Part shown: positions 18,045 to 28,668 of the stretch, one piece after another
Position numbering within the stretch: the stretch's first letter is position 1
How the letters are laid out: each line of letters begins with the position of its first letter
Assembly: GCA_963726745.1 (NCBI GenBank)
Contig: CAVSDR010000006.1
Location: 64,001-128,000 of the forward strand
DNA from: an uncultured Verrucomicrobiae bacterium
GTDB lineage: Bacteria > Verrucomicrobiota > Verrucomicrobiia > Chthoniobacterales > UBA10450
Direction: 5' to 3'
Length of the DNA: 64,000 nucleotides
The notes under the pieces: model-generated
Database searches by the model: none
What the model was told of the DNA's origin: nothing
The model's input: the letters and a program-made list of their open reading frames with translations, nothing else
Translations under genes and position numbers: made by a program

Positions 18045-19433
18045 GTTTCTTGCAGCTTTCGGATCTCGCGGAAACGCCAGCTTGACCGCCGTTCCGGCCC
18101 CCGGCGCGCTCGCCACCGAAGCGGTGCCGCCGTGAAGATCCATGATCGATTTCACCAAGGCGAGGCCAAGGCCGGTGCCCTCGGAACTGCGTGAAGCATC
18201 CGCGCGGTAAAAGCGGTCAAAGATTCGGGGAAGATGTTTTTCTGCAATGCCGGCGCCGTCGTCGCGGACCACGACCTCGCAACCATCTTCGCCGCCAGTA
18301 ACCGCGAGCTCGATCGTCCCGCCCGCCGGCGTGTGGCGGAGGGCGTTCTCCACCAAATTACTCACCGCACGGCCGAAGAGCGCGGCATCGGCCACGATCG
18401 CCGCCTGGCCTTGGCAACGCAGCGCAACTCCGTGCTCCTCCGCGAGCGTTTCGTAGTAAGCCGCGATCTTTTCCACGGCCGCGCGCGCGTCAAAGCTCGT
18501 CCGCTCCACGGTCTCGTCGGCGGCTTCCGCGCGCGCCAGAAAGAGCAGGTTGTCGATCATTCCGGAGAGCCGTTCGCACTCGGCCACGCTCGATTCGATG
18601 ACCTCGCGGTATTCGTCCGGCGTGCGCGGGCGGGTGAGCGCGACCTCGGCTTCGCCGCGCAAATTCGCCACCGGGGTGCGCAATTCGTGCGCAAGATCGG
18701 CGGAAAATTGCGAGAGCCGCGTGAACGAATCCTCCAGGCGATCGAGCATCTGGTCGAAGGTGGCCACCAAAGGCTGCAGCTCCCGCGGCCAGTGCTCCGG
18801 CGGGATGCGCTCATGCAAATGCGCCGGGCCCACACGTTCGAGCGAAGCCCGGAGCGCGGTCAGCGGGCGCAGGCCGCTGCGCGTGACCGTGATCGCGATT
18901 GCCGCGGAGACGAGCGTGCCGCAAGCGGTCACGGCCACCAGGAGAAAGGCAAAGCGCCGGCTAAATTGCTCGTCGAGCGAACGGTCCTGCGCCACCTGGA
19001 TGACGTGGCCCGGGCTGCTGGTCGCGAGCAGGCTGAAGATGCGACCCTCCAGGCGACGGCTGATGGGATTCGACTCGTTAGGCCGCGGCGCAGGGAAAAT
19101 CTCCGGCGGAAGTAAAGCGCGCATCCCCGGCGTTTCCGCCACGGTCTGCCCCGCCGGGCCGAGCACGCGGATAAAATAGGCGACCTTTTCACCGGCCCGG
19201 TGCGCCCCGGCTTCGGCCTGGAGGATCTCGGGGCCGGCGGCGCTCTCGAGATCGGCGCGAAGCGCGAGGGCCTTGTCTGCCAGGACTTCGTTGTCCTCTT
19301 CCCAGGCGTGCCGCACGACGATCGCGTAGAGCAGCCCCAGGCTGGCGCAGAGCAGAAGCGCCGCGCTCAAAGTGAAGAGAATTACCAGCCGGGCCGCGAT
19401 CGAGCGCGGCGGTTTACGCGGCTTTGAGGACAT
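18030..19433 (-). CDS. heavy-metal sensor histidine kinase (CusS/CzcS-like)
   Basis: Two TM segments, HAMP, FSADLAHELRTP H-box, NLVENALRH, GTGLGL. Confidence 0.93.
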   Translation of the reverse strand: MSSKPRKPPRSIAARLVILFTLSAALLLCASLGLLYAIVVRHAWEEDNEVLADKALALRADLESAAGPEILQAEAGAHRAGEKVAYFIRVLGPAGQTVAETPGMRALLPPEIFPAPRPNESNPISRRLEGRIFSLLATSSPGHVIQVAQDRSLDEQFSRRFAFLLVAVTACGTLVSAAIAITVTRSGLRPLTALRASLERVGPAHLHERIPPEHWPRELQPLVATFDQMLDRLEDSFTRLSQFSADLAHELRTPVANLRGEAEVALTRPRTPDEYREVIESSVAECERLSGMIDNLLFLARAEAADETVERTSFDARAAVEKIAAYYETLAEEHGVALRCQGQAAIVADAALFGRAVSNLVENALRHTPAGGTIELAVTGGEDGCEVVVRDDGAGIAEKHLPRIFDRFYRADASRSSEGTGLGLALVKSIMDLHGGTASVASAPGAGTAVKLAFPRDPKAARNITTV

Positions 19434-20088
19434 AGCCGACGCCGCGGATCGTGTGCACCAGCTTGACCGGGAAAGGATCGTCCACCTTTGCACGCAACCG
19501 CCGCACGACCACGTCGACCACGTTCGTTTGCGGCTCGAACTTGATGTCCCAGACGTGCTCCACAATTTCCGCGCGCGCGACCACTTCGCCCGGCGAACGC
19601 GCAAGGTGCGCCAGGAGGAGGAACTCCTTCGGCGTGAGATTAAGCGCGGTGCCGGCGCGCGTGGCTTTGTGCCGGCGCACGTCGATCGTCAGGTCTTCGA
19701 GTTGCAAGACCTCGTCTTCGGGCACGGGCGGAGCGCGGCGCAGGAGCATGCGGACACGCGCGAGAAGTTCCGGAAAGGCGAACGGCTTTACCAGGTAATC
19801 ATCCGCGCCCAGTTCCAGGCCTTTCACCCGATCGGGCACGCTGTCGCGCGCGGTCAGGAAAAGAATCGGCGTGCGAATGCCATCGCCGCGCAGCTTGGCC
19901 ACCACCGCCCAGCCGTCTTTTTTCGGCAGCATCACGTCGATGATCATCAAGTCGGTGCGCACCCGCCGCGCGAGATCCAAGCCCGCCTCGCCATCGTGCG
20001 CTCGCTCCACTTCGAAGCCCGCTTCCCGCAAACCTTTCGCCAGGAAGGCGGCAGTTTTTTGTTCGTCTTCGATCAGGAGGATGCGCAT
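19414..20088 (-). CDS. heavy-metal response regulator (CusR/CzcR-like, OmpR family)
   Basis: MRILLIEDE, GLELGADDYLVKPFAF, TNVVDVVVRRLRAKVDDPFPVKLVHTIRGVGYVL. Confidence 0.94.
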   Translation of the reverse strand: MRILLIEDEQKTAAFLAKGLREAGFEVERAHDGEAGLDLARRVRTDLMIIDVMLPKKDGWAVVAKLRGDGIRTPILFLTARDSVPDRVKGLELGADDYLVKPFAFPELLARVRMLLRRAPPVPEDEVLQLEDLTIDVRRHKATRAGTALNLTPKEFLLLAHLARSPGEVVARAEIVEHVWDIKFEPQTNVVDVVVRRLRAKVDDPFPVKLVHTIRGVGYVLKAA

Positions 20089-20132
20089 CTCGGCGGGAGA
20101 TTAGTAGGTCGAAGCGCGGCGCTCAAGGGGCG

Positions 20133-21128
20133 TCATCCGCCGTCGTTCGCCAGCTCGCCGACGGTTTCCTCAAGCGCCGAGACCAGGTGTGTCATCGCGT
20201 CGTAATCCAGCTTGTCGGGTGTGTCGCTCGCCTGGTGATAATGCGGATAACGAAACGGCGCCGTGTCGGTGATCATAAGCGCGCGATAGCCCGCCTGCCA
20301 GAAAGCCCAGTGATCCGACCAGCCCACTCCCGGCACGCTCGCCGGCAGCGCCGCGCCTTCCGAGGGCAAATGCGCGTGCTGCCGGAAGTTTTTCAGCACT
20401 GGCTGCAACCAACGAGCCGAGGAAAGATTGCTCACGAAGGCGATGAAGTTGCCGGCTGTCGGGTAAATCAAGCCCAGCCCGGCCACCGGAAATTTCTGCG
20501 AATGCGGCGCGCTCGAATAGTAACCGATCGTCTCCAGGCTGATCATCCCAGCGATGCGATCGCCGCGCGCGCGGCAGCGTTGCGCGTAGACCAGGCTGCC
20601 CATGATCTCGGTCTGGAAGCTGGCCGGCTCCTCGTTGGTGAACGCAACAAAGCGCAGCGTGCGACCGGCCGGTTTCTCGGCGAAGTGACGCGCGAGCGCG
20701 AGCAACGCGGCCACGCCGCTGGCATTATCATTCGCCCCGGGCGAGCCCGGCACGGAGTCGTAATGCGCCCCAAGGACGATGATCTCCGAGGTCGCGCCCG
20801 GCACTTCGGCCACGAGATTATCGCAACGCCGGCCGCCAGCCTGGTAGCTGTCGCGCGTCGTCCGCAGGCCCACGTGCGCGAAGGAATTTTCGATGAAATC
20901 CGCCGCCGCCGCGAGTTGCTCGGGATGCTGGAGATTGCGCTCGCCGATCACGCCCGCGAGCTGCTCGACATCGCGCCGCAACTCCTCGCGCAGGGCCAAT
21001 TCTTCCTGGGTGAAGGGAGGCGGATCGCCCGCAAAGCTCCGGCCGAGCGGGCGCAGACCACCCCAGGCAAACCAGACGCCGGCGAGCAGCAAGACGACCG
21101 CGCCCAGGAACCAAAGCGAACGAACCAC
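20133..21128 (-). CDS. M28 family peptidase
   Basis: GAHYDS, PGANDNASG, FTNEE, SDHWAF, YPHYH motifs; start uncertain (GTG 21128 precedes a TM/signal segment). Confidence 0.88.
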   Translation of the reverse strand: MVRSLWFLGAVVLLLAGVWFAWGGLRPLGRSFAGDPPPFTQEELALREELRRDVEQLAGVIGERNLQHPEQLAAAADFIENSFAHVGLRTTRDSYQAGGRRCDNLVAEVPGATSEIIVLGAHYDSVPGSPGANDNASGVAALLALARHFAEKPAGRTLRFVAFTNEEPASFQTEIMGSLVYAQRCRARGDRIAGMISLETIGYYSSAPHSQKFPVAGLGLIYPTAGNFIAFVSNLSSARWLQPVLKNFRQHAHLPSEGAALPASVPGVGWSDHWAFWQAGYRALMITDTAPFRYPHYHQASDTPDKLDYDAMTHLVSALEETVGELANDGG

Positions 21129-21173
21129 CGCGCAGGCTAACCCAGCCGCCCGCGCTGTGCTACCGTGCGCGCA

Positions 21174-22019
21174 ATGTCCGAGACGTTGTCCAAGGCGGAG
21201 CGCCGCCGCGCCGAGAAAGAAGCGGCGCGCCGATCCGCCTTTGACCGCGGCGAAACCTCGATGGCGCGCCTGCCGGAAGAAGGCTTGAGCACCGGGAAAA
21301 TCCTGCACGCGGTGCTGGCTAAAATTCGCGAGCTCGCGCCCGAACTGCGCGGGCATTACCTCGACGTCGGTGCCGGCAATGGCGAATTGCTCGACCGCGT
21401 GATGCGCGAGTGGCCGGTGCAGGTGCGGGCCTGCGATTACCGCGCCGACTTGCTGACTTTGCGCGACGTCCCGGTGGATGTGGCGAACTTAAACAGCGAT
21501 TCGCTCCCCTACCCCGACGCTTCCTTCGACCTCGTGACCTGCACGGAAGTAATCGAGCATCTGGAAGATTTTCGCGCCGCGTTGCGCGAGATGAGCCGCA
21601 TCCTCAAGCCGGGCGGTGTTCTCATCGTGAGCACTCCAAATGTGCTCAATCTCCGCTCGCGTCTGCGTTACCTCTTCTTCGGTTTCTTCAATATGTTTGG
21701 TCCGTTGCAGCTGGGCGACGACCGGCATCACTCGACCCACGGCCACATCAATCCGGTCGGCTATTTCTATCTCGCGCACGCCCTGGTCAATGCCGGCCTG
21801 GGCGAGCTGAGTGTCTCGGTCGACAAACGTCAGCGTGGCTCCTGGTTTCCCCTGCTCCTGCTGTGGCTGCCGCTGCGGGTTTATGAAGTCTTCGCCTTGC
21901 GCAAAGAGCGCGAAAAGTATCACACCCTGGACGCGGCGAACGAACCCTTCGTGCGTGCGATGAATCGCCTCGACCTCTTGTTAGGCCGGACAGTCATCGT
22001 GGGCGCACGCAAGCCGTAG
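21174..22019 (+). CDS. class I SAM-dependent methyltransferase
   Basis: YLDVGAGNG, LPYPDASFDLVTCTEVIEHL, RILKPGG. Confidence 0.9.
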   Translation: MSETLSKAERRRAEKEAARRSAFDRGETSMARLPEEGLSTGKILHAVLAKIRELAPELRGHYLDVGAGNGELLDRVMREWPVQVRACDYRADLLTLRDVPVDVANLNSDSLPYPDASFDLVTCTEVIEHLEDFRAALREMSRILKPGGVLIVSTPNVLNLRSRLRYLFFGFFNMFGPLQLGDDRHHSTHGHINPVGYFYLAHALVNAGLGELSVSVDKRQRGSWFPLLLLWLPLRVYEVFALRKEREKYHTLDAANEPFVRAMNRLDLLLGRTVIVGARKP

Positions 22020-22060
22020 TTCGCCCGCGACAACCCGTGGGGAGCGGTGCTAATTAGCGG

Positions 22061-24821
22061 ATGCTTCGCCGTTTCGCTTTCCTCTTCCTCGCTCCGTTAG
22101 TCTTGCACGCGCAGGAAACCCCGGCCCCGCCATCGCCGCCGCCGATCCAGCCAGAAACGCGTGCCCCGCAGCCCGCGCCTCCGGTATTCACCGAGGTGCA
22201 ATTCAAGAGTCTTAAGGCGCGCAGCATTGGTCCGGCGGTCATGGGGGGACGCGTCTCCGAGATTGCGATCGACCCGCGCAACCCGGCAATTTTCTTTGTT
22301 GGCTTCGCCACTGGCGGCATCTTCAAAACCGGCGACAACGGCGCGACCTTCGACCCGATTTTTGATAAAGAGACGACACTTTCAATCGGCGCGCTCGGCC
22401 TTTCCCCTTCCGATTCCGACATCCTTTACGCCGGCACCGGCGAGGCGAACGACCGCAATTCCTCCGGTTGGGGCAACGGCGTCTACCGCTCCGGCGACGG
22501 CGGCGGCACCTGGCAGAATGTCGGCTTAAAAGAGAGCCGCGCGATCGGCCGGCATCGTGGTGCATCCGAAGGATCCGAACACGGTTTATGTGGCCGCAGC
22601 CGGCAATCTCTGGGTCGATGGCGGGGAGCGCGGGCTCTTTAAAACCACCGACGGCGGCAAAACCTGGAAGCCGATCCTGCAAGCAGCCGGGTCGGCCGCC
22701 GCGCGCACCGGTGCGGGCGACGTGGTGCTCGATCCGGCGAATCCCGAGATCGTTTACGCCACGCTTTACGCGCGCCAGCGCACACCATGGAACTTCACCT
22801 ATGGCACCGCGCTCACCGAGGGCCAGGACGCAGGCGGCATCTTCAAGAGCACCAACGGTGGCGCCGCCTGGAAGAAGCTCGCCAACGGCCTTCCGACGCA
22901 GACCGGCCGCATCGGCTTGTCCGTTTCCGCGAGCAACCCGCGGGTGGTCATGGCGGTAGTCCAGAGCGACGAAGGCGGCGCGAATGATTTCCGCAACATC
23001 CAGAGCAAAGCCGGCGGCGTTTTCCGTTCCGAAGATGGCGGCGAGAAATGGACCCGCGTGAGCGACATCAATCCGCGCCCATTTTATTTCAGCCAAATCC
23101 GGATCGATCCTGCGAACGACCAGCGTGTTTACCTGCTGGGCTATGCGCTCCTGGTTTCGGATGACGGCGGGAAAAACTTCCGGGAAGACTTAAGCGACAA
23201 GATTCACCCGGATTGCCATGCGCTCGCGATCCAGGCAGGCAGCGCGCCCGCACCCAAGCCGGTGAAGCCGGAGGACAAGGACAAGCCGGTGAAGCCGATC
23301 AACTCCACCCGGCTCTTGTTAGGCACCGATGGCGGCGTCTACCAAAGCTACGCCGCGGGCAAAGGCTGGGAGCACTTGGCAAACATCCCGGCGGGCCAGT
23401 TTTACCGGATATCCCTCGACGATTCGCAGCCGTTTTACCGGGTGGCCGGCGGCTTGCAGGATAACTGCAACTGGGTTGGCCCGACCGGCGTTCAAAGCAA
23501 GGACGGCATCGTGAACAATGATTGGACCAACCTCGGCGGCGGCGATGGCTTCTACGTCCTCTTCGACCAGCAAGACAAGGATACCTTCTACGCTGAGAGC
23601 CAACAGGGTGCGGTCCACCGAATGAATACGCGCACCGGCGAGGTGCGCGAGCTCCGCCCGGCGCCGCAGGAGGGCCAGCCGGAATTCCGCTTCCATTGGA
23701 ATTCGCCCCTGGTCCCGAGCAAACACAAACCAGGCGTGATCTACCTCGGCGGCAATCAGGTTTTCCGCCTGACCAACCGCGCGGAAAACTACGACGTGAT
23801 CAGTCCGGACCTGACCCGGAACGAACCTGGAAAGACGAACGCCACCGGCAGTGGCGCGGAGAACTACGGCGTGGTCTACTCGTTAGCCGAGTCGCCGGTG
23901 AAAGCCGGCCTGCTCTGGGCGGGCACGGACGACGGGCGTCTGTGGGTGACCGAGGATGACGGGGGCAAATGGACTGAGCTGACCCAAAACCTGCCGGAAA
24001 CCGTGCGTGGCCAGTGGGTCGTGCGCATCGAGCCGGGGCACCAGGACCCGAAGGTGGCCTACGTGGCGCTTAATGCCTACCGGAGCGGCGACGACCATCC
24101 AATGCTTGTGCGCACCAGCGACGGCGGCGCCACCTGGCAAAGCGTCGTCGGCGATGGCTTGCCGGCTTATGCGCCGGTGGAGGTGATTCGCGAGGACCCG
24201 GTCAATCCGCGCCTGCTTTACACCGGGACACACTTCGGCCTTTTCATGTCGCTCGATGGCGGCGGCAAGTGGATGCGCTTCGGCGATCTGCCCGCGGTTC
24301 GCGTGGACGATCTCCAGATTCATCCGCGCACGAGCGACCTCGTGATTGCGACGCATGGCCGCAGCCTGCACGTGATCGACGACACCCGACCGCTTCGCGA
24401 CCTGACACCGGAAATCGCAGCGCAGCCCGCCTACCTTTTCCCGGTGGCTCCGGTGCGGGGCGACTACCAGCTCCCGGGTTGGGTCGAATGGGCTGGCAAA
24501 AGCGAATTCCGCGGGAAGAATCCGCCGGACGGCGCGGTCTTCAACATCTGGGTCAAGGAATTCACCGGCGACGAGTTGAAGATCTCGATCAGCAACGCTG
24601 CCGGGACTCCCGTGGCTACTTTGAAAGCCACCCCTGCGCAGGGCCTGACTCGTCTTACCTGGGACCTTTTACCGACGAAGGATGTGCTCACGCAATACGG
24701 CGGCATCGACGCCAAGCGGCTGGTGCCCGGTGGCGATTACACCGCTGAGTTAAGCTTCGGCCAAACCAAGCAGAAGCAGACCTTCAAAGTGAATATTGCT
24801 GAGGGGATTAAGACTCGTTAG
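22061..24821 (+). CDS. exported VPS10/BNR-repeat beta-propeller protein (glycosyl hydrolase-like; frameshift near 22550)
   Basis: RSIGPAVMGGRV, repeated S/T-x-D-G-G-x-T/W Asp boxes, GGLQDN, ATHGRS; split over ORFs 22061 and 22557. Confidence 0.88.
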
Positions 24822-24830
24822 CCTGCGCGC

Positions 24831-25514
24831 ATGTCTCGCCGCTCCCTGCGTTTTGGCTGCGCCATCCTCGCCGGCAGCCTGCTCGCGGCCGGCGCGGCGC
24901 GCGCCACCACCAAAGGCCTAAGCCAGATCGTGACCCCGGACCTGCAGTCGCCGGGCGACTTTTCGCTCAGCGCTCAGGTGCAAAGCGCGCGCATCGCCAA
25001 TCCCTATCAACTGCAGGCCGAACTCGGCCTGGTCGACTGGGCGGAGGTCGCGGTCTTCCAGGGCTTCAAGCCGAACGAGCTTATCTTCGGCGCGGAGTTC
25101 GGGATCCTGCGGAAGGAACCGGTGCTCCTGGCCGCGGGCTTCATCAACTGGTCGCCGCAGCGCGGCGTCGATCCGCAGCCGTTTCTCGAAGCCGGCTATT
25201 ATACCGAGCATCATAAATTCATCCTCGGCGCGATCCACGCTGATGATCGCAACCAGGCGATCCTCGGCTATGCCTGGGACTACAACAAAACCTGGCGCGC
25301 CCAGATCGATTTCCAGAGCGGCTCCGGCAACTCCGTCACTGTCGGTTTTACCTGCAATGTCACCCGCGACCTGCAGATCAATCCGGCGCTCTACCTAACG
25401 AACGATTCGCCGCACCGCGTCCTCGGTTACTTTGTCGCCACCTACACTTTCCACGCCTGGAATCCGCATCGCGGCCAGCCGGAGAGCGGCGGCGCGCAAC
25501 GCCCCTCGCCTTAG
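24831..25514 (+). CDS. exported hypothetical protein, possible outer-membrane beta-barrel
   Basis: Signal peptide; alternating aromatic/hydrophobic strands. Confidence 0.65.
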   Translation: MSRRSLRFGCAILAGSLLAAGAARATTKGLSQIVTPDLQSPGDFSLSAQVQSARIANPYQLQAELGLVDWAEVAVFQGFKPNELIFGAEFGILRKEPVLLAAGFINWSPQRGVDPQPFLEAGYYTEHHKFILGAIHADDRNQAILGYAWDYNKTWRAQIDFQSGSGNSVTVGFTCNVTRDLQINPALYLTNDSPHRVLGYFVATYTFHAWNPHRGQPESGGAQRPSP

Positions 25515-25544
25515 ACAGCTGTGGCGGCGCGCGGAAGTTGCCGG

Positions 25545-26915
25545 CTAATCCTGCCGCACCGCTTCCACGAAGGCGACATTGCCTTCCTCCAGGTCGAGCG
25601 CCGCTTCCTCCGGTGTGCCGAAAAGCCGGGCGCGTTTGTCGTCGAACTCGCCTTCCCAGCGCGCGATCACGACCGTGGCCAGGCAGTTGCCCATCAGGTT
25701 GACCGCGCTGCGGCCCATATCCATCAGCTCATCGATCCCGAAGATCACCGCCACGCCGATCGGCCCGAGGCCATTTGGCAGGAAGCTGTTTAAAGTTGCC
25801 AGCAAGACGACCGCGGAAGCTCGCGGGACGGCGGCCACGCCTTTGGAAGTGACCATGAGCGCCAGCATCATCGTGATCTGATGCCAGATGTTCATGTGGA
25901 AACCCATGGTCGTCTCCGCGGCCTGCGCGACGAAGACCGACGCGGTCGCGAGATGGAGCGTGGAGCCGTCGAGATTGAATGAGTAACCAGTCGGCATGAC
26001 GAAGGCCACGATCCGCTTCGGCACGCCGATGCGTTCCATCGCCTGCATCGCCTTCGGCAACGCGGACTCGCTGCTGGTGGTGGCAAAGGCAATCGTCGCC
26101 GGCTCGCGGATGGCGTGGAGAAATTGCCGGATCGGCACGCGCGCGATCAGCATGACCGCGCCAAAGATGAAGACCACGAAGATGGCCAGGCCCAGATAGA
26201 GCGTCAGGATCAGGTTCCCTAAATTAACCAGCACGCTCAGTCCCTGCGTGCCGATGGTATGAGCCATCGCCGCGCCCACGCCGATGGGGGCAAACATCAT
26301 CACGTAATTGGTGAACTTGAACATCACCTGCGAGAGACTTTCCATCGCGCGCAGGATTGGTTTGCCCTTCTCGCCTACGGAGGAAACGGCCATGCCGAAG
26401 AGCACCGCATAGGCGACAATCTGCAGCACTTCGCCGCGCGCCATCGCCTCCACGATGCTCGCCGGGAAAGTGTAGACTAAAGTTTCGACCAGCGTCTTCG
26501 GATGCGCCGAGCCGAGCTTTTGCACGATCTCCGCGCCGCCGGTCGAAAGAATCACGCCGATGCCCGGCTTGGTGATGTTGACCACGAGCAACCCGATCGC
26601 GAGCGCGGCCGTGGTCACGATCTCAAAGTAGATCAGCGCCTTCATCCCCATGCGCCCGACTTTTTTCAAGTCGCCACTCCCCGCGATGCCGACGACCAGG
26701 GTGGAGAAAACCAGCGGCCCGATGATCGACTTGATCAGGTTCAGGAAAATATCGCGGAGGAAATAGACCTTGTTCCCCCACTCCGGCTGGATCCAGCCGA
26801 TGAATCCGCCGATGACCAGACCGAGCATGATCTGCGTGGTCAACGAAGGCCGATACCACGGCCGCTTGCCCGCCGGCGAAGGCGAAGCGTCGATCGGGGA
26901 AGCGGTCAAGTTCAT
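25545..26915 (-). CDS. dicarboxylate/amino acid:cation symporter (GltP/DctA family)
   Basis: AFATTSSESALP, PTGYSFNLDGS, DMGRSAVNLMGN. Confidence 0.94.
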   Translation of the reverse strand: MNLTASPIDASPSPAGKRPWYRPSLTTQIMLGLVIGGFIGWIQPEWGNKVYFLRDIFLNLIKSIIGPLVFSTLVVGIAGSGDLKKVGRMGMKALIYFEIVTTAALAIGLLVVNITKPGIGVILSTGGAEIVQKLGSAHPKTLVETLVYTFPASIVEAMARGEVLQIVAYAVLFGMAVSSVGEKGKPILRAMESLSQVMFKFTNYVMMFAPIGVGAAMAHTIGTQGLSVLVNLGNLILTLYLGLAIFVVFIFGAVMLIARVPIRQFLHAIREPATIAFATTSSESALPKAMQAMERIGVPKRIVAFVMPTGYSFNLDGSTLHLATASVFVAQAAETTMGFHMNIWHQITMMLALMVTSKGVAAVPRASAVVLLATLNSFLPNGLGPIGVAVIFGIDELMDMGRSAVNLMGNCLATVVIARWEGEFDDKRARLFGTPEEAALDLEEGNVAFVEAVRQD

Positions 26916-27076
26916 GCGAAGGGGCAGCGGCTTTCGACTCTTGGCGCAGGCGTCGAAAAAGGAAACAGGAAAAGTGCGCGCGGCCGTTTAATGACTTTGG
27001 CTTCCTCTTCTTTCTGCCCGACGCCGGCGCTTTCTCTGGAGGCGCGACTCATGGGAATGCGTATGGTGAGCGCCCC

Positions 27077-28220
27077 ATGCTTGTTGTCATGAATGCGGGC
27101 GCGACGGCGCCGGAGATCGATCACGTCATCGAAGTCGTGCAGGCGCTGGGCTTCCGCGCGCACGCCATGCCCGGGGCCACCCGCACCGCCATCGGCATCA
27201 CCGGCAACGACGGCTCAATCGATGGCCGCCGCTTCGAGAATCTTCCCGGGGTGGCGGAAGTGATCCGCGTGACCAAGCCCTACAAGCTGATCACGCTCGA
27301 TCTGCAGCCCGACCGCACAATCGTGCGCGTGGGCGACGCGACCATCGGCGGCGACGAGCTCGCGATCATCGCCGGTCCGTGCGCGATCGAAAATCGCGAG
27401 CAGGCCCTGGCCGCGGCCCGCGCGGTCAAGGAGAGCGGTGCGCGTTTTTTTCGCGGCGGGATCTACAAGCCGCGCTCGTCGCCTTACAGCTTTCAAGGGC
27501 TTGGGCGACAAGGGCTGGGAAATCATGGATGAAATCCGCGAAACTCTCGGCCTCAAGATTGTCACCGAGGCTTTGGACGACGCCAGCGTGGACTTGGTCG
27601 AGCAGCATGGCGACGTCATCCAGATCGGCGCGCGCAACATGCAAAACTCCTCGCTCCTGAAGCGGGTGGGTAAATCGAAGTTACCCGTCCTTTTGAAACG
27701 CGGGATGGCCGCGACCCTCGAGGAATGGCTCCTCGCGGCGGAATACATCATGGCCGAGGGAAACTACAACGTCATCCTCTGCGAGCGCGGCGTGCGCACC
27801 TTTGCGCAGCACACGCGGAACACGCTCGACCTCGCAGCGGTTCCGGCGATCCGCCGCATCTCGCACCTGCCGGTGATCGTCGATCCGTCGCACGGCAGCG
27901 GAAATACCTACATGGTGACGCCGCTGGCGCGCGCGGGCGTGGCCGTGGGCGCGGATGGCCTGATGGTCGAGGTGCACGACGCGCCGGAAGTGGCGCTCTC
28001 CGATGGCGCGCAGGCGTTGACCCCGGGACAATACCGCGAGCTAATCGAGGAAGTGCGCGCGCTCGATGCGGTGCATGCGGAAGACGAAGCCCCGTGCTCC
28101 TGCTGCTGGATAACTACGACTCGTTTACCTACAACCTCGCGCAATACTTTGGCGAGCTGGGGTGCGAACTGCTCGTTAGGCGAAATGATGCCATCACGCT
28201 CGACGAGATCGAGTCGTTAG
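27077..28220 (+). CDS. aroF: 3-deoxy-7-phosphoheptulonate (DAHP) synthase, class I-beta with N-terminal regulatory domain (frameshift near 27495; true end probably near 28097)
   Basis: [46 protein letters not shown]. Confidence 0.92.
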
Positions 28221-28660
28221 GCCCGCGGCACATCTGCATTTCGCCCGGCCCGGGCACGCCGGCGGCGGCGGGCGTGAGCCAGGGGGTGATCGAGCGCTTC
28301 GGCCGGCGCACCCCGGTGCTGGGGGTTTGCCTGGGACATCAATGCATCGGCGAAGTCTTTGGCGGCAAGGTGGTGCGCGCGCCGGAGTTGGTGCATGGCA
28401 AGTCGTCCATCGTGCGCCACCGAGGCGATGCGCTTTTCGCCGGGGTGCCCTCGCCTTTCCGCGCCGGGCGTTACCATTCGCTCATCGTGGAGCGGGAAAG
28501 CTTCCCGTCGTGCCTCGAAGAAACGGCCACGAGCGAAACAGACGGCGAGATCATGGCCTTGCGGCACCGGGAGCACCCGATCTTCGGCGTGCAATTTCAT
28601 CCGGAATCGATCCTGACCGCGGACGGCAAAACCATCCTGCGGAACTTCCTCGCGGTTTAG
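28094..28660 (+). CDS. trpG: anthranilate/aminodeoxychorismate synthase component II
   Basis: [31 protein letters not shown]. Confidence 0.92.
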   Translation: MLLLLDNYDSFTYNLAQYFGELGCELLVRRNDAITLDEIESLGPRHICISPGPGTPAAAGVSQGVIERFGRRTPVLGVCLGHQCIGEVFGGKVVRAPELVHGKSSIVRHRGDALFAGVPSPFRAGRYHSLIVERESFPSCLEETATSETDGEIMALRHREHPIFGVQFHPESILTADGKTILRNFLAV

Positions 28661-28668
28661 CCAGCAAG

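Noticed and set aside
21174..22019. Methyltransferase as an N-methyl-bacillithiol enzyme
   Set aside because: It lies 7 kb or more from the bsh operon in a separate transcription unit, with no sequence evidence of specificity.
26991..27092. Possible attenuator leader peptide upstream of aroF-trpG-trpE
   Set aside because: The short ORF has no Trp or aromatic codon run and no terminator/antiterminator was evident.
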